Shown here one piece after another: positions 42,215 through 52,353 of a DNA stretch of 64,000 nt. Location: positions 77,564,001-77,628,000 of the forward strand of contig NW_024704742.1 in assembly GCF_018977255.1 (NCBI RefSeq), read 5' to 3'. Every line of letters begins with the position of its first letter. The stretch's first letter is position 1. A program made the position numbers and the translations under genes. Under the pieces are notes generated by a model. That model was not told the origin of the DNA. It did no database searches and was given only the letters and a program-made list of their open reading frames with translations. This DNA comes from Callorhinchus milii. Taxonomy: Eukaryota.

Positions 42215-43820
42215 ACTCATAAAGAGAAAAAAGGAAAATGGCATAGAGAGGATAGATGGATTCATTACCAGAAGGCATGCCAGGATTGTAAGAAAGATAT
42301 CAGAATGGCAAAGAAATGTTTTTGAACTGAACATGGCAAGCGATGTGAAAGATAACAACAAAAACAGTAAAAATTGCTGCCGCATTTCGCCCACAAATAT
42401 ACAGTCATTCACATTACAATATATCAAATGCAAGGATTATTATTTTATTTACTATTAAAATATTTTCAGTTACATTAAGAGAAAAAGAAAAACGAGGGAT
42501 GGAATAGGACCAATGAAGGTGGGATTGGGTGAGACTATGACAAATGATGCTACACAAGCTGCAGAAGTACTGAAAAAGTTTTTTGCTTCAGTTTTTAGTA
42601 AAGAGGAGATGGGAAATGTATTGGTTCTGGAAAACGAACTCGGTGATGTTGCAAAGGTAAATTGTGACACTATATATCACTACCAGCAATGTTGCTGAAC
42701 AACTGTGCAAAGGTAAGGTAAACAAATCCCAAGGCCAGCTAAATTGCATCCGAGGATCCTTAGGGAACTAAGGGAGGAAATTATTGGAAATCTGGCACAA
42801 ACTTTCCAGGAATCAATGGATATTATAGAGTTGTCTGGGGACTAGAGAAAGGCAGATGCTACTACTATTTTTACAGAAGGTAGCAAAAGTGACCTAGGAA
42901 ACTAGACCAGTAAGTTTGACGTTCATTGTGGGTAAAGTTATGGAGACTCTTATTAAAAATAAGATCATGAAGCATCTGGACAGCAATAACATGATAAAAG
43001 ATAGCCAATATGGGTTTATGAAGGGGAGTTCCTGCCAAACTAATTTACTGGTTTTCTTTGACTGTGCGACAAAGGAGCAGTGGATGTTGTGAATGTTGTG
43101 TATCTGGATTTCAGTAAGGTCTGTTATACAGTTCCTCATGAAAGGCTGGTACTGAAAATAAAAAAAGCGTGAAGCAGAGAAAGTATCTTGCAATGACACT
43201 TAATTGGCTGACCGATGGAACCCAGAAGGTAGTTGGACAAGGAATATCATCACGCTGGGAGAATGTTACCCGGTGGAATTCTATAAATGTCTGTTTTGGG
43301 ACCTCTTTTATTTAACATCTTCATAAACGACCTGGAGCTAGGAGTCACAAGCACAGAGGCTAAATTTGGAGATGACACAAAGCTAATGAAGGTGGTACAC
43401 TGCAAAGGTAAACAGGATAGGTTACAGGCGGACTTGAACATTCTTGAGAATTGTGTAGATCGTTGGCAGATGAAATTTAATTTAGAGAAATGTATTTTGG
43501 TGGAGGAATAAGGAAGTCACATACATCCTGGAAAATAAAAACCTAAATGGGGTAGAGGAACAAAGGGGCCTAGGGGTACACATACACAATTCACTAAAAG
43601 TAGCAATGCAGGTTAATAAGGCCATAAAAAAGCAAACCAGGCATTGTGGTTCATTTCTAGAGGGATAGAAATGAAAAGCAGGGAAGTTATGGTAAGCTGC
43701 TATAGAACCTTGGTTAGATCACACTTACAATACTGTGTGCAGTTCCGATCCTCACATTATAGAAGGGATGCAGAAGCACTGGAGAGGGTGCAAAGGAGAT
43801 TCACAAGGATGATCCCAGAA
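42215..43820 (+). mobile_element. CR1-clade LINE ORF2 fragment (degenerate, with SINE remnant inserted)
   Basis: [48 protein letters not shown] and WQMKFN. Confidence 0.9.
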
Positions 43821-44876
43821 TAATTTCTGCCAGAAAATAATATCTCATGATACAGTATATAGTTTGGGACACAACATGTCAAGCGACTGCCAGGATGGTG
43901 GAAGGTGAACAAGATGGTCCTTGGTCTTCTTTCGACTAGCTAATTCTTACGTTCTTATTATCTGTTATGTCCCGTGTTATAATGATTGTGTTTGCCTACA
44001 AAACACACAGTCACTACACTTTACAATTAATCCTGTGAAATATTTTGAGGCAACCTCCTGTGTTGAAAAATGCGATAATTTTTATTTGTAGATGAACGCA
44101 GGTGATTTGCATATAGCAGTGTCCCACAATCAGCTATGAAGTAAATGAACAATGTTAATCTGGGAGATTATTGTCCAGGACACCAGGAGAAATTCTCTTT
44201 TTAAATAGTGCCATTGAAATTTTACTGTCCAGCTAAAAGACAGAAGGATAGCATCTGATCCTGTATCACTCCCCAGCGCATTGGAATGTTAGTCTAGGCC
44301 ATGCTAGAATCACAAACTTCTGCTTCAGAGTTGAAAGTGCTACGAACTCAGCCAGCTAACACTTTTATATCCTATGTAACAAAACCCTAGACAATATTTG
44401 CTTGCCATTCAAACTTCAGTAGTTGTGAGCTATGCTTTTAATAATTAACTTTTTTCTTCTGTCGTAAAGCTGTTACAACTGGCAAAAGGTGGCAAGAATA
44501 CGCAGGATTGACCTAACGTTCCACTGTAGGATACATGTCACTTGGTTGCACAATGTGTTTTAATTAAGTCGGAATCATTTAATAAAGAGTTAAACTTCTA
44601 TTTTAGAGAATAAATTAGATCCCTGAAAGCTCAGAATGTATAAGGAAATGTCAATGTGGCAACTTTCCAATGATTACTTTCATACAAGCCATGTGTGCAC
44701 TGTAAATGACTATCTATGCTAGGAAATACATGAGTTGAGGTCATTTGATTTCTTTGCCTTGTTCTGGAGAAAGTTTGCAGATCACAGAGAGGCTCTGGCA
44801 CAGCAGTGCCATGGAGGCCAGATTGTATCCTTGGGGTATCTAGGAGCAAACAGATGACGCATTGTATTTAGTTAGT

Positions 44877-45581
44877 AATAATAATAAAATAATAATAATT
44901 CTTGCATTTGATATAGCGCTTTCCGCAGTTTTCTAGATGTCTCAAAGCGCTTCACAGGAATATATTGTAAAGTGAATTGACTGTATATTTGTGGGCGAAA
45001 TGCAGCAGCCAATTGCGCACTGCAGTGTCACCGTTGTCTTCAAATCCCTCCACTCCTCTGCACCTCCCCACCTCTCTGACCTCCTCTCTCCTCACAACAG
45101 TGCCCGTTGTCTTCGTTCCACCGGGTCTGGCCTGCTTCTTGTCCCCAGTGTCCTCCGCTCCATCCTCGGCAGCCGCACCTTCAGCCACTATGCCCCGAGG
45201 CTCTGGAATTCCCTTCCTCTCTCCCTTCACCTCGTCCCCTCTCTTACTATTTTCAGGTCCCTGCTAAAGACCTTTCTCTTCAACCGCGCCTTTGGTCACC
45301 TTCCTCCCCCTCCCCGTGGCTCTGCCCCGGGATCGGTTACTGTGAAGCGCTCTGAGATGCCGTCCGCCGTGCAGGGCGCTATATAAATCCAAGTTGTTGT
45401 TGTTGTTGTTCTACAAACAGTCGTGGATTGAAGTGACCAATTTTATTATTGCTTTTTTTCTTGGGGGATTATTATCAGGCGTGTGGCAGAAGGAAACTTG
45501 CCCAAGGTTTCCCCCTGCTAGGAATTGAACCCAGGTCTCTCGCTTGTGAGGCGAGTGCTCTAGCCACTGAGCTACAGGACT
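44877..45581 (-). mobile_element. tRNA-Ala SINE split by an L2 insertion
   Basis: Tail half at 44877-45030, head half at 45411-45581. Confidence 0.9.
45031..45410 (+). mobile_element. L2 3' fragment nested inside a SINE
   Basis: FKSLHSSAPPHLSDLL...FSHYAPRLWNSLP and a (GTT)n tail; interrupts the SINE at GCAGTGTC|..ACAAACAG. Confidence 0.9.
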
Positions 45582-45591
45582 TCACAAGTAA

Positions 45592-46215
45592 CTGATTGTC
45601 ACTATATATATACTCAATGATATTTCTTTCTTCCCTATGGACAACTGGCCAGATTCTGCCACACTGCAAAGATTGCTGACATTGCACAATTGCAACTGTG
45701 GCTTTATATCACAATGTGTCATTGGCACCTTGGTGAATCAGAACCCTCTGTGGCTTTTAGATATATAGGAGCATAAGTACTTGTTTCCCCCTTTGGAATA
45801 TCCCAAAGAATAATTTACCTATGGCTGAACCACTTACCCACTGTGGAAATGGAAAGCACCTGGCCCCAGCCAAGAAAACCACTGTAGTTGAACTGGTGTT
45901 GCTCAACTTGGTGAATACCTTGCTGGTAGGATGGACTTGGGACTTGGCCATAAAATGTGTACTACTGTTCCAACAGACGTCAGATTGTTTAATAAAGAAT
46001 CATTTTGAAACCTTCTGTGGGATCTTGGAAGATTCTATGTTTTTTTAGTCAGATGGTAAAGAAGTCTCTGATAAGGAACCACACGTAGGCAATCTCAAGT
46101 CAGTGCAAAGTCTTGTGAGTATTTGTGGGGTGTGGTTCCTTAACTCTCTAGGATTAGGTGAGTGGGGAGCATCCTTTCTGGGGAGAGGGTGTACACTCCA
46201 TACCAGGCAAATTTA
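45592..46215 (+). pseudogene. Probable EVE L connector-domain fragment
   Basis: A single frame of ~205 codons with only two stops (LIVTIYILNDISFFPMDNWPD...TLHTRQI). It does not resemble any repeat in the window and lies just upstream of the MTase-like segment. No diagnostic motif. Confidence 0.4.
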
Positions 46216-46509
46216 AATTTCTGTACAGATGTGGAACACTCAATAGTTTAGTTTGTACCCGCTGAATCATGGTGGTGGTTCCACTCAGCTGACCAAAACA
46301 AAACCCATGGTTTTCATGGAAATCATTTACTTAACCACTTAATGTTAAGACAAAAAGCACTACTTGAGCTGCTGTTTTGCCTTTCAACCACTCTTTTGGT
46401 GCCTTCCTCGCTCCCTTTCCCCCCCCACACACACACACACACTACTTTCTAGCATTCCAGTCTTCCCTCCCCTTCCCCATACACACACACAGATATACAC
46501 CTCACAGAA

Positions 46510-47159
46510 TTGACCAAAACAAAAATGCATATGGATACCAACCACTCCCTGTAATCTACCACCTGAAAGGATGAGCTTTTGCCAAAACAAATCACCTAGC
46601 TTTGTGGATGGAAAGAAGCGGTGAGGATTTTTTGAGAGAAACCTGTGAATCTTTGCTGGAGCATCTAGCACGACAAACTATACTGCTGAGGAGTAAAGGT
46701 TTCTGCCTTTTGCGAGTATATGACTCCCGATCAGAATAATCAGATATCACCAGCTTCCGGCTGGAGATAGCGGGGATCTGACAACTTATGAGGATTTGGG
46801 TCTGTCCTGAGATTGGCTTATAGCAGATTTCTCATGAGTCAGGGTGACGTACAAGTGGTTCCCTGCACTTTTATGTTTCTAGCCTATTTTTCCAGCATTC
46901 GCCCCTTTCATGTTACAGTTTTGCTGTTTGAAAACATTTTCAAACAATAAAGATCTTGACAGCGTAATGTTTTATGGCACTATGTGCCTTGGTTACATTT
47001 GACTTCCAGATCAAAGGGAAGATAGATCGAAGTCAACAGTTCACAAAAAAAGATGTATTTGAAGTAATTCTTCGATCGCTAGCAAATATGGCAGTGGAAG
47101 CTCACAATGGGATGTTCCAGTGGAGATCAATATATAGGTGCCAGCCAAGAGCAGTAAAA
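46510..47159 (+). pseudogene. EVE L polymerase cap methyltransferase domain (degenerate)
   Basis: AYGYQ (CAA 46539-41, one change from Lys) lies 24 aa before LWMERSG (46602-46622; AGA one change from GGA, i.e. xEGSG). Then GDLT...LGLS*DWLIAD (D 46826-28), CCLKTF (K 46931-33, D+35) and FTKKDVFEVIL (E 47061-63). Order and spacing fit the K-D-K-E tetrad plus GxGxG of L MTases. Two frameshifts are needed. Confidence 0.7.
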
Positions 47160-47463
47160 AGTCCTGCAGCTCAGTGGTTAGAGCACTTGCTTTGCAAGTG
47201 AGAGACCTGGGTTCAATTCCCAGCAGGGTGAAACCTTGGGCAAGTTTTCTTACTCCACACTCCTGATAATAATCCCTCAAAAAAATAATAAATTGATCAT
47301 TTCAATCCACGACTGTTTGTGGGACAGTGATGTGCGCAATTGGCTGCCACATTTCGCCCACAAATATACAGTCAATTCGCTTTACAGTCTATTCTGTGAA
47401 GCGCTTTGAGACATCTAGAAGATGTGAAAAGCTCTATATCAAATGCAAGGATTATTATTATTA
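47160..47463 (+). mobile_element. tRNA-Ala SINE inserted in the EVE
   Basis: Full match to the family. Confidence 0.92.
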
Positions 47464-47465
47464 AA

Positions 47466-48100
47466 TTTACCAGGATTCAAAAACTTGCCTGTCTCTTGTT
47501 CAAAAAATAGTCAACTGTCTAAAGTTCCAAGCATACTTGAAGACAGCAAGAGAAGCAGTAGCAATTGGCAATGAATGGACAGTCAAAACCTAGAATTACA
47601 CAAAAGACTCATCTGATATGAACAGAACTGAAGGCTCCCAAATATTCCACCTGATTAAGGATTCAGTTTAGCACATGATGACCATTTCAGACTGGTGCAA
47701 ATCTGTGATATCCACCCACAAGATAAGTGGGGTAAAAATTCCTTTCAGTATTATGTGATGTCAGCCACTGATGGGATTTCCTGTTATAATGGCGTAACAC
47801 TGGATGGATATTTTACCCCAATATTCTGTCTGTTCAAAAGTGATAGGAGAGATTTACTGAATCTTGATGAGTCTGTTCAGAGTCATAGCTTGGCTGAAAC
47901 CATCAATTCCAGAGCTCTTGGACCAAAAACTGAATGATATGCAAATAGTTTATAGATGAGAAGAGGAAGAGGAGTCTTGATTAATTTTCATCTATAAAAC
48001 CACTACTCTCAAACATATTCATATTGTGTTTCAACGCAATTTAGATCATTTAGTTTGCTAAAACATTTTTTCAAGGATAGTGGCCCTTTAAAACAAGAAA
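47466..48100 (+). pseudogene. Probable EVE L C-terminal domain
   Basis: Resumes after the SINE as a long protein-like frame with scattered stops (YQDSKTCLSLVQKIVNCLKFQAYLKTAREAV...LFRVIAWLKPSIPELLDQKLNDMQ). The length fits an L CTD after the MTase Glu. Confidence 0.45.
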
Positions 48101-48309
48101 AATGTTACCCAAACAACTCACCTTCAACACAATTCAGAACTTCCTGCAATTTCCCTAAGTAGTTTCCTGTAGAAATGAGCCCTGGAGAAGTTTCCTGCCC
48201 TAATGTACAGTGTAATATTAACCCAGTTGTTCGAGCTTAAGAAATCATAACATGAATTGTATATGTTTAAATATCTGCCAATCTCTCCCCAAGCCACCTA
48301 ACTCACCAC

Positions 48310-48825
48310 CTATCTTCCTTTTGATCAAGAGTCGAATGTAACCAAGGCATACAATGACATGAAACACTGCACTGTCAAGATCTTTATTGATTGAAAATGG
48401 ATATGCCGTAGATTTGATTGTACTGGACAGTTTTCAAATTCAACCTACTAAGGAAAACAAACAGACAGATAGTGTTGTTTTAAAATGCCAGTTTCAACCG
48501 CCATCGAATTCCAAAATCAGTTGCCCACCCATCATCAGCCACTGAACTAAAAGTAAAAGGCAGGTCCTCGGAAAATACACAAAAGAACCAGCAAGTTTGC
48601 AGAAATATCAAAGTGATGTCGGGCAAGAAAAATATACACAGTTTATATTCAGATGGTATCTGTTTGAAACTGAGCCACTGAAGATAAACACAGGCGTCAT
48701 GGTACTGTGAGGCTTGCTGGTTGCAGACTGGGAGAATATTGTTTGAAACCACACTGTCATCAAGTGACTGATCCAGGTACCACGTGTGTGATTGTCTGCA
48801 CCCACACATCATAGTCACCATATTA
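48310..48825 (-). pseudogene. EVE L polymerase fragment 5 (Cys motif at end of capping domain, start of connector, 90-bp duplicated block)
   Basis: Non-TE ORF of ~115 codons (NMVTMMCGCRQSHTWYLDQ...), colinear with fragments 1-4. The interval ends in a block (48399-48310) that is ~85% identical to plus-strand 46935-47025. Confidence 0.5.
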
Positions 48826-48914
48826 AATAATAATATCAAAATGTCTTTAATATCAGGACGACATCTCAAAGCCCTTCACAGAATTTACTGTAAAGTATAA
48901 TAACTGTATTTTTA

Positions 48915-49062
48915 CATAAACCACCAGGATTGTGAAATGGTAGCAGGAAAAGGAAATTTTGACGACACTCTTGAGCTTTGTATCAGGGAAATGCCCACTT
49001 TGTATGGCACTGTTACTAGAAACAGAGATATGGCCAAATAAGAGCTGGTCACTGTTCTACCC
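48915..49062 (-). pseudogene. EVE L polymerase fragment 4 (capping domain, after HR)
   Basis: DQLLFGHISVSSNS (LLFGHISVSSNS at 49044-49009) resembles rhabdovirus L NLLSHISVSTDT (recalled), which follows the HR motif. Confidence 0.65.
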
Positions 49063-49066
49063 CTAT

Positions 49067-49426
49067 AATAGTAATCCCTGCATTTGATATAGCACCTTAT
49101 CACATCTTTGAGACATCTCAAAGCGCTTCACAGAATATACTGTAAAGTGAATTGACTGTATATTTGTAGGCGAAATGCAGCAGCCAATTGCACACAGCCG
49201 TGTCCCACAAACAGGTGTGGATTGAATGATCAATTTATTATTTTTTTCAAAAAAGAAATTATTACCCCTGGATCTGCCAATTGACTAACAACCAGGTTCC
49301 TACTTACTGCTAGTAAAAAGAGGCGTGTGGAGTAAGGAAACCTGCCTAACGTTTTGCCCTGCCAGGAATCAAACCAAGGTCTCTCACTTGTGAGGTGAGT
49401 GCTCCAACCACTGAGCTACAGGACTC
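49067..49426 (-). mobile_element. tRNA-Ala SINE, long variant, inserted in the EVE
   Basis: Full match including the extra internal segment. Confidence 0.9.
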
Positions 49427-49427
49427 T

Positions 49428-49615
49428 GTTATAAGCATCTCCTGCTCCCGAGATGTCCTCATATCAGACAATGTGCCACGATGAGTGTTAGCAATCATTC
49501 TCTGGGTATACTCAAATGTCATTCTTTCAATAAAACAGGTGGTGCCTAACAAAAATGCCCTAATTTTCTTTATGGCATAGTACTTTTTGAGGGGCCTTCC
49601 ATGACAATACACAAT
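49428..49615 (-). pseudogene. EVE L polymerase fragment 3 (PRNTase region with HR motif)
   Basis: RPLKKYYAIKKIRAFLLGTT...RMIANTHRGTL, with HR at 49483-49478. It lies in the expected order, after the GxxT-like motif and before the motif-E-like segment. Confidence 0.6.
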
Positions 49616-49983
49616 ATGATTTACAGAGGAAAAAACTCACATGGACAGGTGTAGAAACAGAGTCTATTGGGGTATTTAATTGAGAGTTAGATGGACACTT
49701 GGAAAATAAGGGCATCAAGGGGCATGGAGAAATGTGGGGAAATTAGATTAAAATGATATAATAAAATTGTCTGCCACGTTTCTCCAACAAAATATACAAT
49801 CAATTCACTTTACAATATGTTCTGTGAAGTGCTTTGAGACGTCTCAAAGATGTGATAAAGCGCTATATCAAATGCATGGATTATTATTATAAACCGACAG
49901 AACAGATAACAGGCTCGATGGACTGAATGGGTTCCCTCCTGTTCCTTTATTCTGAATCGAAGAATGACATTGACAACAAAGAT

Positions 49984-50294
49984 GTCCTGTAGCTCAGTGG
50001 TTAGAGCACTCGCCTTGCAAGCGAGACACCTGGGTTCAATTCCAGGCAGAGCGAAACCTTGGGCAAGTTTCCTTACTCCACACGCCTGATAATAATCCCT
50101 CCAAAACAAACTATAATAAATTGGTCATTTTCAATCCACGACTGTTTGTTGGACACGGCTGTGTGCAATTGGCTGCCGCGCTTTGTCCACATATATACAA
50201 TCAATTTACTTTACAGCATATTCTGTGAAGCGCTTTGAGACATCTAGAAGATGTGAAAAGCGCTATATCAAATGCAAGGATTATTATTATTATT
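49984..50294 (+). mobile_element. tRNA-Ala SINE inserted in the EVE
   Basis: Full match to the family. Confidence 0.92.
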
Positions 50295-50299
50295 AGTAG

Positions 50300-51015
50300 T
50301 ATAAGATTCTACAACTAACACATGACCCCACCTTCCCTTGCATAGAGTGTTGTCATCCAAAGCTGGGGCTGGGATCCATTCTTTCAGTTATATCAAAGTG
50401 AATATCTCTTTGAATAGTGAAGATTGCAAACATTGCTAACTTTTGTCGGCCCATATAGCAAACCAGCACTAGAGTGACCAATCATCAAAATCACTGCATC
50501 AGAGGACAAAGATATCAGATAACAATAATAGGGCTCATAGGTATGTGGTTACAGTGGAGCTTGGCTGTTTTGTTGGGGTCATGAGAGGAGGAATGAACAT
50601 TGGTTTCAAGAAATGTTGGGCAAGTTTCTTTACTTGTTCTGGCCATTTACTCTCTCATAGTCTGTTGGATATTTCATTCAAACAGGGTATTCAATAATGG
50701 TTGTGATAAAGGCATAATGGATTGAGTCACGTATGGTAGTAAAACCAATTGATATATCATACATCACCTCTGGATCGATGGAACAGAATCCTTTGCAATT
50801 GATGAGCACCAAGTAGATTAATAGATGCTCATAGTCCAGCTCTTTGGGATTGTGTGCTACGGCAATTGATATCACTGAGGCACTCTCTAAATCTGAAGCT
50901 AGCATGTCCTCTATGGATTGCTTAAACCTTGTTTTGCACTACCCTTCATATGATGGTAGTTTGAACACAATAGGGTCCCACAAATAGTTTATTGGACGGA
51001 TTGTTAGGCAGAAGG
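50300..51015 (-). pseudogene. EVE L polymerase fragment 2 (CR IV into capping domain)
   Basis: YLWDPIVFKLPSYEG*CKTRFKQSIEDMLASDLES...IDPEVMYDISIGFTTIRDSIHYAF follows the L pattern DPxxhxh..hE..h...PxxhxxI...SIxxxF. After a frameshift, CLNEISNRL*ESKW (50684-50643) fits C...h..LR..(S)W with a TGA at the Arg position. Then CW/(frameshift)CYMG...PSFG* (50367-50356) fits CxxCxxG...PYhGxxT. Confidence 0.75.
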
Positions 51016-51204
51016 ACCTTTTCCTTTTTTTTTAAAAAAGGTGCAGTGGAATATTTAATACTACCTGGACAAGAGAGACCTTAGTTTAATGTTTCATCTG
51101 AAGGATGACATCTACCACAAAGCTGATTTTCTCCTTTACTGGCCTGGGATAGCCTGAACAATGAGCTCAAAGTCCTGATTTGGGGTTTGTACCGCACAAG
51201 CTTC

Positions 51205-52050
51205 CGGGTGCGCGAGAGTACACGAGCTGCAGAGTTTTGGATGATCTGCAGCTTGTGAAGCGAAGAGTTAGGAAGGTCAATGAGGAGGGAGTTCCCGTAA
51301 TCGAGCCTTGATGTGACGAATGCATGGGTGAGGGTTTCGGCAGCCTGAGGGGTGAGGCAGTGGCGGAGTCTGGCAATGTTGCGGAGGTGGTAGTAGGCAG
51401 TGCTGATCATGGCGCGGATATCGGGGAGAAAGGTCAGTTCAGGATCAAACAAGACACCCAGGTTCCTGACTGGCTTAGTGAGGTTGAGTGTGCAGCCGTG
51501 GAGGCTGATGCTGCCAGCGCCCGAGGTGCAGAGGCACTGGCACGAGCCAATCAGGGGAGCCTTGGTCTTGCTGACATTGAGTTGGAGAAAGTTGTCTTTC
51601 GTCGAGGACTTGATGTCAGACAGGCAGTCGGTCAGGACGCCAGTAGTCCTGGACTTCAGGGTGGAGGCAGAGAGGTAGAGTTGGGTGTCATCCGCATACA
51701 TGTGGAAATTTACCCCATGTCTGTGGATGATGTCACCAAGGGGGAGCATGTAGAGGGTGAAGAGGACGGGACCAAGAACAGAGCCCTGAGGAACACCGCA
51801 CGAGACAGTGTGGGGGCTGGAGGAGAAGCCGTTTGCCGTGACAAAGTGGAGGTGGTGTGAAAGGTAGGACCTGAGCCAGTCAAGGACAGAACCTTGAAGG
51901 TTGAGGTGGGAGGAGAGGCAGTGGAAGAGAATTGAATGGTCCAAGGTGTCAAAGGCGGCGGAGAGGTCGAGGAGGATGAGGAGGCAGAGGGAGCCCTGGT
52001 CACACATGGTCAGGATGTCGTTTGTGACCTTGACCAGAGCACGGAAACCC
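51205..52050 (-). mobile_element. L2 RT-domain fragment inserted in the EVE
   Basis: [21 protein letters not shown] and [11 protein letters not shown] in an open frame; truncated at both ends. Confidence 0.95.
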
Positions 52051-52353
52051 AATAAAATGATATAACAGAGATAAAACCACTGCTGTTTCTCGTCTACAGA
52101 AAAATCCATCCCTATATATTCCAAATGATTCTTAGTCCTGCTCCTTCCACTGAATATAATCCAGGCATGTGAGTGAAATATTTTAAAAATGATTTGGCAT
52201 GCTGTGTAATGGTACCTCACAAACATGAATAAAGCAACCAGCTTGTTCAATCTGTTCTGAATTGATTTGATCTCAAGTCCCATTGCACCAAAATCTAAGC
52301 AAGGCTTATTTCAATTCCTCCCCAACTGATTGCATACTGCTACTCAAATGCCT
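52051..52353 (-). pseudogene. EVE, mononegavirus-like L polymerase, fragment 1 (RdRp motif-D-like segment and following helical region)
   Basis: Minus-strand translation RHLSSSMQSVGEELK* (52353-52309) resembles motif D (..hGxxLKxxET). Then, in another frame, GLEIKSIQNRLNKLVALFMFVRYHYTACQII...WFYLCYIILLG resembles the paramyxovirus L segment that precedes the PxxhGG motif (from memory). No GDN motif seen. Confidence 0.5.

Noticed and set aside
48086..48245. Viral gene-end signals (TTAAAACAAGAAAAA, TTAAGAAA)
   Set aside because: Too short and too common in AT-rich DNA; no poly(A) or TSD was identified for the EVE.
48380..48425. STAYPFSINKDL as a match to the VSV connector SYPTSNRDM
   Set aside because: FSxNKDL belongs to the duplicated block, which fits better between the MTase K and E on the plus strand. 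The match is ambiguous, so it was not used as evidence.
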